Shown piece by piece: positions 1 through 8,063 of a stretch of 64,000 nt of DNA (within the stretch, counting starts at the first letter, position 1; every line of letters begins with the position of its first letter). The translations under genes and the position numbers were made by a program. The notes beneath the pieces are model-generated. The model did no database searches. It was not told the origin of the DNA and saw only the letters and a list, made by a program, of their open reading frames with translations. The stretch covers positions 4,672,001 through 4,736,000 of the forward strand of contig OZ244960.1 in the NCBI GenBank assembly GCA_965222605.1, written 5' to 3'. The DNA comes from Candidatus Latescibacterota bacterium (GTDB lineage: Bacteria; Latescibacterota; UBA2968).

Positions 1-487
1 TGGCGTGTGGGATGGGTCTCTGTCGCTTGCGAATGCCCAGGCAGAACAGGTCGTGCATTCGGTTGGCTGGGATATTCCGCTTTACGGCGCGGTTGATATA
101 ACGGCTCAGGTTTCAGGGGTAAGCGTGAGTGGTACCGCAAGTATGGACGAGGGGCGCATTGTGAAGTGGAATTTTTTGCAGCGGTTATTGCACCCGATGG
201 CACAATTTGGTTTGCTACCTGCCGATGAGATTCCGCTCAAAGATGTGACGGTGGTTTTTCAGGTGCAGGGCGATGAGGTGATTCTTGATGGTACAAAATT
301 CACAGCCGCAGATATAGTCTGTGCATTAAATGGTAAGAATTCTCGGAAGGGTCAGTTGGATTATGTATTGGATGTGGAGATGCCCCTCCAGTTTGCTGGA
401 TTTCGTCTGGGACGCGGAACTATTCCCTTATGTATAAAAATTACCGGCACAGCAAGCGCACCAGATGTGACGGTGAAAATCAAATAG
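1..487 (+). CDS. C-terminal part of an AsmA-like protein (5' end outside the window)
   Basis: Open frame from the window edge; beta-rich C-terminus ending '...IPLCIKITGTASAPDVTVKIK', like the AsmA_2 'ip..i.Gt...P' tail. Confidence 0.5.
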   Translation, partial: GVWDGSLSLANAQAEQVVHSVGWDIPLYGAVDITAQVSGVSVSGTASMDEGRIVKWNFLQRLLHPMAQFGLLPADEIPLKDVTVVFQVQGDEVILDGTKFTAADIVCALNGKNSRKGQLDYVLDVEMPLQFAGFRLGRGTIPLCIKITGTASAPDVTVKIK

Positions 488-490
488 GTA

Positions 491-613
491 TTAAAGAGCC
501 AGCACAATGACAATGAGTAAGCCGACTATAATCAACGCGCCGAAAAATACGATGCAAAAACCTCTAATAAAACCGCCCATAAATCCATCTTTGTTGTTGT
601 CATTGTTGTTCAT
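491..613 (-). CDS. Small single-pass membrane protein (40 aa, below the ORF track cut-off)
   Basis: Manual translation MNNNDNNKDGFMGGFIRGFCIVFFGALIIVGLLIVIVLAL*; GAGGGGAG SD-like motif upstream; same strand as and just downstream of the protease gene. Confidence 0.55.
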   Translation of the reverse strand: MNNNDNNKDGFMGGFIRGFCIVFFGALIIVGLLIVIVLAL

Positions 614-638
614 GTTACTCGCTCCCCTCAATATCACC

Positions 639-1025
639 TCAAACAAAGCCAGGGGGGACAACGGCCTTCAGCAGAACGGCTGGTAGCCGTTTCAGCTCTT
701 CATTGCGCGGGTCAACCTCGAAACCACCGGATTCCAAAGCGGTGACGCCGAGCAATGGTTCCGCTCCTTCCTCGCCGTACACAATGGTCCCACCGACAAT
801 TTCTCCCTCGAACTCGATCTCAGCGATGGTTATATCCATGGCGATAGGATTTCCGTCTGCAAGTACGTATTCGCGTCGGCCCCTCGGTTCGAGTCCAATC
901 TCTTCGAGGCGCACCCTCGGCACGAGTGAGTCGAACGCGCCAGTATCGACCAGGAATTTGCCGGTCCAACTGCGTTGCCGGTCTGCGGGATTGCGGATTG
1001 TGACGTCAACATAAGTTGCACCCAT
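639..1025 (-). CDS. Clan AA (retropepsin-like) aspartic protease, AF_0612-like
   Basis: LVDTGA catalytic motif and C-terminal 'PLLGVTALE' motif; AGGAG SD upstream. Confidence 0.85.
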   Translation of the reverse strand: MGATYVDVTIRNPADRQRSWTGKFLVDTGAFDSLVPRVRLEEIGLEPRGRREYVLADGNPIAMDITIAEIEFEGEIVGGTIVYGEEGAEPLLGVTALESGGFEVDPRNEELKRLPAVLLKAVVPPGFV

Positions 1026-1180
1026 AGCGGTTCTCCTATCGGGTTGGTTATGGATAGCTTATATTTGAAGATATGGGACAAAATTGAGTCTGTATAGCAC
1101 CACACGAGAAAAATAAGAATATGGTAAAATGAAACGTAATGCAAGGTTCAATCCTTATTTTGATGGAATGCCTGCCTACA

Positions 1181-4013
1181 TGCGCTCTCTCCACATCAGT
1201 GGGGAATATACGTCGTCATTCGCGATCATCTCCATCGTGATCGGTACATCCCCACGTCTGTAGGGAACACTTTTCCCTCCCTCTCCATCTCAGTTGTCGC
1301 TCGGCACATCCCCACGTTTGTGGGGAACATATAGAGGTATTCCACCAGAACAAAGATTGAAACGGTACATCCCCACGTTTGTGGGGGACATATAGGAGTA
1401 CTAAAACCGTAAGGCCATAAAGCCGGTACATCCCCACGCCTGTGGGGAGATTGGTGTACTGGTCGATGTCCGTGACCTGGGGGGCGGTTCATCCCCACGC
1501 CTGTGGGGAGATTCTTACGCTCTAACGCGGCAGCCCCTTTTTCGGCGGTTCATCCCCACGCCTGTGGGGAGATTCCGTTTCTGCTATGATACCCTGTGGC
1601 CCCAAAAGGTTCATCCCCACGCCTGTGGGGAGATTCAGACATCCTATAGCCATCATCAAGCACACAGCGGTTCATCCCCACGCCTGTGGGGAGATTTACT
1701 TCTAAGCCTACACCAAAGAGGCTGGCGGCGGTTCATCCCCACGCCTGTGGGGAGATTAAGATCATCAGTCCATCGCTGGCTAATCGCACCGGTTCATCCC
1801 CACGCCTGTGGGGAGATTTTAAACCGCCCCTTCCCCGTCAGCCGAGAATACGGTTCATCCCCACGCCTGTGGGGAGATTGGTGCGAGACGCCCCTAAAAT
1901 TCATGTGCCATCGGTTCATCCCCACGCCTGTGGGGAGATTTAGATTTTATCATATATCGACCAGAAAGAACCCGGTTCATCCCCACGCCTGTGGGGAGAT
2001 TGGCCAGCGGGGGTTTAGTTCATATCAATTACCCGGTTCATCCCCACGCCTGTGGGGAGATTTCTCGTGTGTCACCCACGAACCCTTGCCACATCGGTTC
2101 ATCCCCACGCCTGTGGGGAGATTGCCCCCCCTCTCACATAGACAGTCTCTACATTAGGTTCATCCCCACGCCTGTGGGGAGATTACAACACGTCTGCATA
2201 CGCCATCGGGGATAACCGGTTCATCCCCACGCCTGTGGGGAGATTCTCTTGTGCCTTTCTCAATTTCCACGGTGACAGGGTTCATCCCCACGCCTGTGGG
2301 GAGATTCGAGCTCGCCGGGCAGGTGTGTGCGAATAAACCGGTTCATCCCCACGCCTGTGGGGAGATTTCCTGCTCCTTTGTGGGGTGTGTGTCGCTGTCC
2401 GGTTCATCCCCACGCCTGTGGGGAGATTGACAAGTCGGGCGATGATGGCGCCGATGACGACGGTTCATCCCCACGCCTGTGGGGAGATTTTTCGCCGTGA
2501 CCAAATTGATAGGGCTGTATGAGGTTCATCCCCACGCCTGTGGGGAGATTCTCCCAGCGCGCGCGAAGCCACCAGAGAAGATCGGTTCATCCCCACGCCT
2601 GTGGGGAGATTGTTGTTCGTTGCATGGAAGAGTGGCCTGGTTACGGTTCATCCCCACGCCTGTGGGGAGATTCTGAATAAGGTCGGGGTGCTCTGGAATC
2701 AGTACGGTTCATCCCCACGCCTGTGGGGAGATTTCACAAACTCACTGTAAGTCATTTGCTGTTCCTGGTTCATCCCCACGCCTGTGGGGAGATTGGTAGT
2801 CTTTCATTTTACCTCCATCCCTTTTTCGGTTCATCCCCACGCCTGTGGGGAGATTATCTTTCAATACGACCGTGCGATTGCTGGTGTCGGTTCATCCCCA
2901 CGCCTGTGGGGAGATTCACTCGCCATCAAATGTCGGTTCAGGTTCGGGGGTTCATCCCCACGCCTGTGGGGAGATTTCTGTCATCGTCCGCCGGCATTCG
3001 TGAATAGCCGGTTCATCCCCACGCCTGTGGGGAGATTCAGTTCATCGCGCAAAGTGACGGTGGTGGCGTCGGTTCATCCCCACGCCTGTGGGGAGATTCT
3101 TATAGTAATCTTGCATATAGATACGATAAACGGTTCATCCCCACGCCTGTGGGGAGATTTGCGATTTGCAAGCCCTCAATCGCCGATTGAAAGGTTCATC
3201 CCCACGCCTGTGGGGAGATTTTTCCTTTGCACGTATGAGTTATTACGTCCACCGGTTCATCCCCACGCCTGTGGGGAGATTGACATAATAGGCGGAGATA
3301 TTTTCAAGCTCGCCGGTTCATCCCCACGCCTGTGGGGAGATTGCCTACGACGTTTGCTGCTGCTGGGGAAAGTTCGGTTCATCCCCACGCCTGTGGGGAG
3401 ATTCCCTCGATCTCGCATCAGCAGCAACCGTATCACGGTTCATCCCCACGCCTGTGGGGAGATTTGCGCTATCGTCATCAGAAATTGGATCCACACAGGT
3501 TCATCCCCACGCCTGTGGGGAGATTCAGAATTCAACCTCAGAGTAGGAGCAAGAGAGCGGTTCATCCCCACGCCTGTGGGGAGATTTATGCATGCAACAC
3601 ATCATCAAACAACATTCTCGGTTCATCCCCACGCCTGTGGGGAGATTCATCATCGCCACAAACCCGGTGGCCGCGGCACCGGTTCATCCCCACGCCTGTG
3701 GGGAGATTGGTGATGGCGTTTTCCTGTCAGATCGCCGAGCCGGTTCATCCCCACGCCTGTGGGGAGATTTCATACTGATATGCACCCCACACAGGCCAGG
3801 CCGGTTCATCCCCACGCCTGTGGGGAGATTCGCGGCCCGATAGAGCGAGAGATTCGCCGATACGGTTCATCCCCACGCCTGTGGGGAGATTCATGATCTG
3901 TGGGTTTTCCTTGCGCGTGATACAGGTTCATCCCCACGCCTGTGGGGAGATTCAGTTTCGGAAGTCGTTCCCGTAGATACCGTTAGGTTCATCCCCACGC
4001 CTGTGGGGAGATT
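1181..4013 (-). CRISPR. Type I-E CRISPR array, 47 repeats / 46 spacers; main repeat (minus strand) AATCTCCCCACAGGCGTGGGGATGAACCG
   Basis: 42 copies of NGGTTCATCCCCACGCCTGTGGGGAGATT from 1485 to 3985 with 61-bp period (one 60-bp step, 2888 to 2948); variant repeats at 1424, 1363, 1302, 1242 and a degenerate one at 1181; CCCCAC/GTGGGG hairpin; spacers 31-32 nt; adjacent to cas2. Confidence 0.98.
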
Positions 4014-4087
4014 ACCAATATCTTCCCTAAGAAGAACTCATGCACCACAATATCTTGTATATTTCGAAATCTGAAAATCCGCTAAAC
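4014..4087 (-). promoter_or_regulatory. CRISPR leader
   Basis: AT-rich 74-bp non-coding stretch between the cas2 stop and the first perfect repeat; degenerate repeats lie at the opposite end of the array. Confidence 0.8.
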
Positions 4088-4393
4088 TCATACTATTTCA
4101 TCATATCTGATCTGTTCATCCCAATCTTCGGCGATAAGAAACAACCCTGATTCCTGGACTACTCGGCGTTTGGTTTCACCAAAAGTGTGGATGTGAAACC
4201 CTTGTGTGCTATTATCGGATGCAATAACCAAAAGACCTAACTCAGGCGCATTGCGTCGAACATACTCAATGGTTTTTTCCCGTGTTCGGCGGTTTACAGT
4301 TCCGACAAAAACATTGGGACGAGGTTCAACAAACCATCGTTTCAACAGCCCGCGAATTGCAGGTGGAGTGTCATTGGCAACAATCACTGTCAT
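4088..4393 (-). CDS. cas2: Type I-E CRISPR-associated Cas2
   Basis: MTVIVANDTPPAIRGLLKRWFVEPRPNVFVG N-terminus typical of Cas2e; ATGA overlap with cas1. Confidence 0.95.
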   Translation of the reverse strand: MTVIVANDTPPAIRGLLKRWFVEPRPNVFVGTVNRRTREKTIEYVRRNAPELGLLVIASDNSTQGFHIHTFGETKRRVVQESGLFLIAEDWDEQIRYDEIV

Positions 4394-5223
4394 GACAGAA
4401 GTTCCTCTATATCTTCTGGAATTTTTTCTAAGAGCTTGTGTTTTTCGATGCAGTTTTTTAACTGCGCTAAAACTTGCTTTCCACTGGCCTCTGGATTGAT
4501 GCTCAAAGTTTGAAAGGCTGCAACAAGCGTTGTCCTGGGTTTGTAGATGTCCGCAATATCAAACACGAAAGGCAATGTGCCGCTACTGTGAATAAAACCC
4601 AATTGTGGCAAATATCCCATTGAGCAAATAATAGCCGTGCATAAAGCATATAGCGAAGCATTGGCGGCAGAAATTGCACGATTGATATTGTCTGCCAAAG
4701 ACCAATTTCTGGGATTATAGTTGCGTCCTTTCCAGGTCACGCCGTATTTGTGTCCCATATCTGCATACAGATTCCGGATACGCACGCCTTCCATCCCGCG
4801 CAGTTCCTTAATGGTCCTTGATTTTACATCTATATTGGGAAATCGTCTCGCAAACATTCGCCGGGCAATTTCGGTTCGTCTCTTTCGAGACGCATGTGCC
4901 GCAGCTTGCTTTCGAGCACGAGCATTATCATGTGTGGGTGTTACCCCAAACGCATAAAAACGCATCGCTTCTGCGCCGATCCAACAAATTGGTGTATTGG
5001 AATCGCTACACGCTTTTACAGCCGCATGTGTAACCGTTGTTCCTGGTCCAAGCATTAACGTGCTCACTGTGGCAACAGGAATACGCATGACCGTGCGGTC
5101 TGCACCAATCCATTTCACGCTTGAATCATCTACCTCCAGGCGGCCATGTTCCAGATACAGAGGCGTCCAGCGGTCTTTTGCAGGTGTGAGGGTTTCAATC
5201 GGAGGTTTTTCAAAAATAGGCAT
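4390..5223 (-). CDS. cas1: Type I-E CRISPR-associated integrase Cas1
   Basis: LYLEHGRL, LMLGPGTTVTHAAV, LRGMEG, GFIHS..LPFVFDIADIYK motifs; start moved to the ATG at 5223. Confidence 0.96.
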   Translation of the reverse strand: MPIFEKPPIETLTPAKDRWTPLYLEHGRLEVDDSSVKWIGADRTVMRIPVATVSTLMLGPGTTVTHAAVKACSDSNTPICWIGAEAMRFYAFGVTPTHDNARARKQAAAHASRKRRTEIARRMFARRFPNIDVKSRTIKELRGMEGVRIRNLYADMGHKYGVTWKGRNYNPRNWSLADNINRAISAANASLYALCTAIICSMGYLPQLGFIHSSGTLPFVFDIADIYKPRTTLVAAFQTLSINPEASGKQVLAQLKNCIEKHKLLEKIPEDIEELLS

Positions 5224-5225
5224 AT

Positions 5226-5897
5226 CTAAGAATCTCCATTGGGGAGGTCTTCTACGCAAACCCGTCGCATGGAAAATTCCCGTGTATCAAAATTGAGAGG
5301 CAAATCAGGTAAAGTATCCGTACCCTGCTCAAAATCCTCGACATCCGTTATACACCGCTGAATCTCACCGTTGGAAATCTGTTCGAGATGCTTGATTGCC
5401 TCTTCTCGATTTAGAAAAATACCTTGTGCAATCGGTGATGCAGGAATACACGCCTTGCGTCCAAGCCATAGGCCCCACTTCGGATTCCGCAAAGCTGAAT
5501 CACATTGTTCAAGCAGGTTGTTGTCTCCGCTTAAAAGCACACCAAACTTTGCATCAGATAGATATTCGCGGAATGTAATAACCGCATCCTTAGCGCGTGA
5601 TCCGGATGCAATGCGTGGAATATTCTGAGAACCGGGTTCGTATCCCCCACCGACTGTGTGGTAATCAATCCAGCGACTGCTCAAGCTAAATGACAGAACT
5701 TCCATCTTCATTGCTGCCAATTCTCCCAATGTTTCAACATCAGACTTTGGGACGCCCAGCGCCGCGCACAAGATACCCAATACACCACTTTTGGTCGGAT
5801 AAGATAAGGATGTTCTTCGGTTAAATCGGCTTTGATAGCCCCATGCTTGCATGGGGCCATCGAGATATAAGGCCAGTAGGGGATTATTGGTCTGCAT
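5226..5897 (-). CDS. cas5e: Cascade subunit Cas5e (CasD)
   Basis: L.GPMQAWG...R.S..YPTKSGVLGILCAALG, DYHTV, REYLSDA, LGRKAC.P motifs. Confidence 0.95.
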   Translation of the reverse strand: MQTNNPLLALYLDGPMQAWGYQSRFNRRTSLSYPTKSGVLGILCAALGVPKSDVETLGELAAMKMEVLSFSLSSRWIDYHTVGGGYEPGSQNIPRIASGSRAKDAVITFREYLSDAKFGVLLSGDNNLLEQCDSALRNPKWGLWLGRKACIPASPIAQGIFLNREEAIKHLEQISNGEIQRCITDVEDFEQGTDTLPDLPLNFDTREFSMRRVCVEDLPNGDS

Positions 5898-6942
5898 CTT
5901 TGGTCATTGCCTCACAGAAAGAATTCAAATCCACATCGGGAATAGCAACCTCTGCCGCTTCGATACCATAAACTTTTTTTAATGTTTCATAGTGCCCTTT
6001 TAATGCTGCTACCGAAGGTTTGATATAACCATTGCTGCTCTTGATACCGCCTTCAAAAGCATTGGCAAGAGACAAAGGCTGTCCTTCTCGTCTTAGTCCC
6101 AAAACAAAAGCGGGTGGATTGTGACCAAACATAGAATTTTTGCGTGCATTGGGAACAGCCAAGATTGAAGCACGAATAAACGTATCTACCACCGCCTCTC
6201 GCTCTTCTTCAGAAAGGTGCTTCAAGTGATCTTGATCTGCCAACAAATCTAAATTCAAACCAATATATCGGTAATAGCATGCCGAGTTAAATTCCAATGT
6301 ACCAATATGACCTGCACCCTCTGAGGTCTCGGGTTGCAGGTCATCAACTGCCGAGAAGAAATCAATGTCGTTACTCACGCGATGAGTAGATAATGCATGG
6401 CTAAACAAACCCGCACCCTCTACCATCAACGTATGATCTTTTGCCACCATACGACCAAAAACTGCAATATCAGCCATGTCACCTGGCGTGATTTTTAATA
6501 TAGCTTTTTTTAGCGTACCTGTTTTCAGATTAATTTCACTCTTTTCGCGTATTTGTTCTGCTGCCATTTTTGCAATACCAGCCACTTCGTTCGGCGTCAA
6601 GTATAATGCAACAGATGTTTTATATCCCTCTTTGTATTTGCTATCTTGATCGCCGATGAACTTTGCGATTTTTTCAGCGCTTTCTTTAGCTTTCACCAAG
6701 TCAATATTTTCAGCTTCAAGCGCATGTTCAATTTCTTTTGCAAAATAATGGCTACGCTTGCCGTCAAAAAGCGCAGGTTGGATTTTTGACGCTATTTCCC
6801 GAATGGCACGTTTCCATGACTGGCTACTCACACGCGCACGTTGCACACCGCCAAAAAAGGCAGTTTTGGGAGCGTTGAGATCATCCCGATTGAGGCACGT
6901 CACGGGGAAAGATTGAATGATGTGAAGTTCGATGAGTTTCAT
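5884..6942 (-). CDS. cas7: Cascade backbone Cas7 (Cse4/CasC)
   Basis: IELHIIQSFPVTCLNRDDLNAPKTA.FGG..RARVSSQSWKRAIR, DIAVFGRMVA, DFFSAVDD, CYYRY. Confidence 0.96.
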   Translation of the reverse strand: MKLIELHIIQSFPVTCLNRDDLNAPKTAFFGGVQRARVSSQSWKRAIREIASKIQPALFDGKRSHYFAKEIEHALEAENIDLVKAKESAEKIAKFIGDQDSKYKEGYKTSVALYLTPNEVAGIAKMAAEQIREKSEINLKTGTLKKAILKITPGDMADIAVFGRMVAKDHTLMVEGAGLFSHALSTHRVSNDIDFFSAVDDLQPETSEGAGHIGTLEFNSACYYRYIGLNLDLLADQDHLKHLSEEEREAVVDTFIRASILAVPNARKNSMFGHNPPAFVLGLRREGQPLSLANAFEGGIKSSNGYIKPSVAALKGHYETLKKVYGIEAAEVAIPDVDLNSFCEAMTKDADQ

Positions 6943-6954
6943 GGGTACTTCTCC

Positions 6955-7563
6955 TTATCCAAGTGGTTGTAAAACGAGCATGCCAAAACCAAAGGCTTTG
7001 GCCGGGCCGATACCCGTTTGAAAGGCATCTTTGAAATGGTTTCGATTCTGTACTTGCAATGTGCCGCGGAAATCTACACAGACATGCTTTCCCTGTCTTT
7101 TTTGGCGCCGAAAATGCTGTGTTACAGGAGCACCGATTTCAACATTGAGGATTGTAAAGCCGTGTTGTTGCGCTTTGTTTGTTAGCCATTCATTGAGTTG
7201 TTCCGGACTGTAGATGGCTGTGCGTTGTCCGTTTTTTTTTCGTTCCCCAGATTCGTTGCGAACAACGCGCTTCACGGTGGGATTGGCACGTAGGGCAAAG
7301 CGATAATGCGTATATTCGAGAAAGTTAGGGAGAATTTCACGAGTGGCCCATTCCCCCCAGGGCTGCATCATAGGCGCACGATCAGATAAGAGATAAACGC
7401 GATAATTCTGACCGTAATTATCCACACGGCTCAAAAAAGATCGAGGTGTTCCAGCGGGGGCAAGAAAAGCCTTCCAGAGTGCTTGATGCCACCTATAACT
7501 GTCTGTCAACCGATGTTGAAGTGCGTCGCGCTTATTGATCAAAATTTGGGTAAGATATTTCAT
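6955..7563 (-). CDS. cas6e: crRNA processing endoribonuclease Cas6e (Cse3/CasE)
   Basis: Y..HQ.LW, F.LRANPT, C-terminal G-rich loop GIGPAKAFGFGML. Confidence 0.95.
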   Translation of the reverse strand: MKYLTQILINKRDALQHRLTDSYRWHQALWKAFLAPAGTPRSFLSRVDNYGQNYRVYLLSDRAPMMQPWGEWATREILPNFLEYTHYRFALRANPTVKRVVRNESGERKKNGQRTAIYSPEQLNEWLTNKAQQHGFTILNVEIGAPVTQHFRRQKRQGKHVCVDFRGTLQVQNRNHFKDAFQTGIGPAKAFGFGMLVLQPLG

Positions 7564-8063
7564 GTGGTTTTCTCTTCCTGCAGATTACCCCAATAAGCAT
7601 TTGCCCAACGCACTTTAACCCGATCTCCCCAATAGTGTAAATCTTTAAATAGCTCCTCATGATTGATGGCTACACCTTTTGCCTGTGTGGTGCGAATGAC
7701 TGTGGGTAAGCGGTCGCATACTTCAAAGACCGTGTCACAGGATAGAAAACGGCGAAACCGTGTTTCAAATGTTTTCAGCCCATCGAGTTCGCGCCCATCA
7801 CCTGTTGCCAATCTATACATTGTGGTGCCCATATTCCCCTCGAATACACTTTCTGGATTGAAAGCAAAACTTGCTGCCACCGTCTGAAAGATCGTTCTTT
7901 CGCGGCTATTTTCAAGATTGCACCACCGAGCAAGATAGGGCCATGCGCGATCAGCAGTTGCCTGGCTGAATCCGCGCCTCAAGTTTGCCATCAAACCTCG
8001 GTCTTCTCGATGTTCTCTCAAATAAGTTACAAAGTCCTTTGCCCGCTTATCCAAATCAGGCAT
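7560..8063 (-). CDS. cse2: Cascade small subunit Cse2 (CasB/Cas11)
   Basis: DRG.MANLRRG, ETRFRRFL, LFKDLHYW...VKVRWANAYW; position between cas8e and cas6e. Confidence 0.92.
   Translation of the reverse strand: MPDLDKRAKDFVTYLREHREDRGLMANLRRGFSQATADRAWPYLARWCNLENSRERTIFQTVAASFAFNPESVFEGNMGTTMYRLATGDGRELDGLKTFETRFRRFLSCDTVFEVCDRLPTVIRTTQAKGVAINHEELFKDLHYWGDRVKVRWANAYWGNLQEEKTT

Noticed and set aside
886-896. tRNA T-loop-like GGTTCGAGTCC
   Set aside because: Lies inside the protease CDS and has no acceptor or anticodon stems around it
1331-1362. Trailer spacer sharing AGATTGAAA and a TATYCCACC-like block with 14586-14618 upstream of WYL
   Set aside because: Needs a multi-base gap and has no plausible PAM; consistent with chance
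1392-1423. Trailer spacer sharing AGGAGTAC with the cas3 ribosome-binding site
   Set aside because: Only 8 nt and PAM-distal; chance level
1216-3843. Many ORFs with repeated VHPHACGEI / GSSPRLWGD / RFIPTPVGR peptides
   Set aside because: Translations of the CRISPR repeats, not genes
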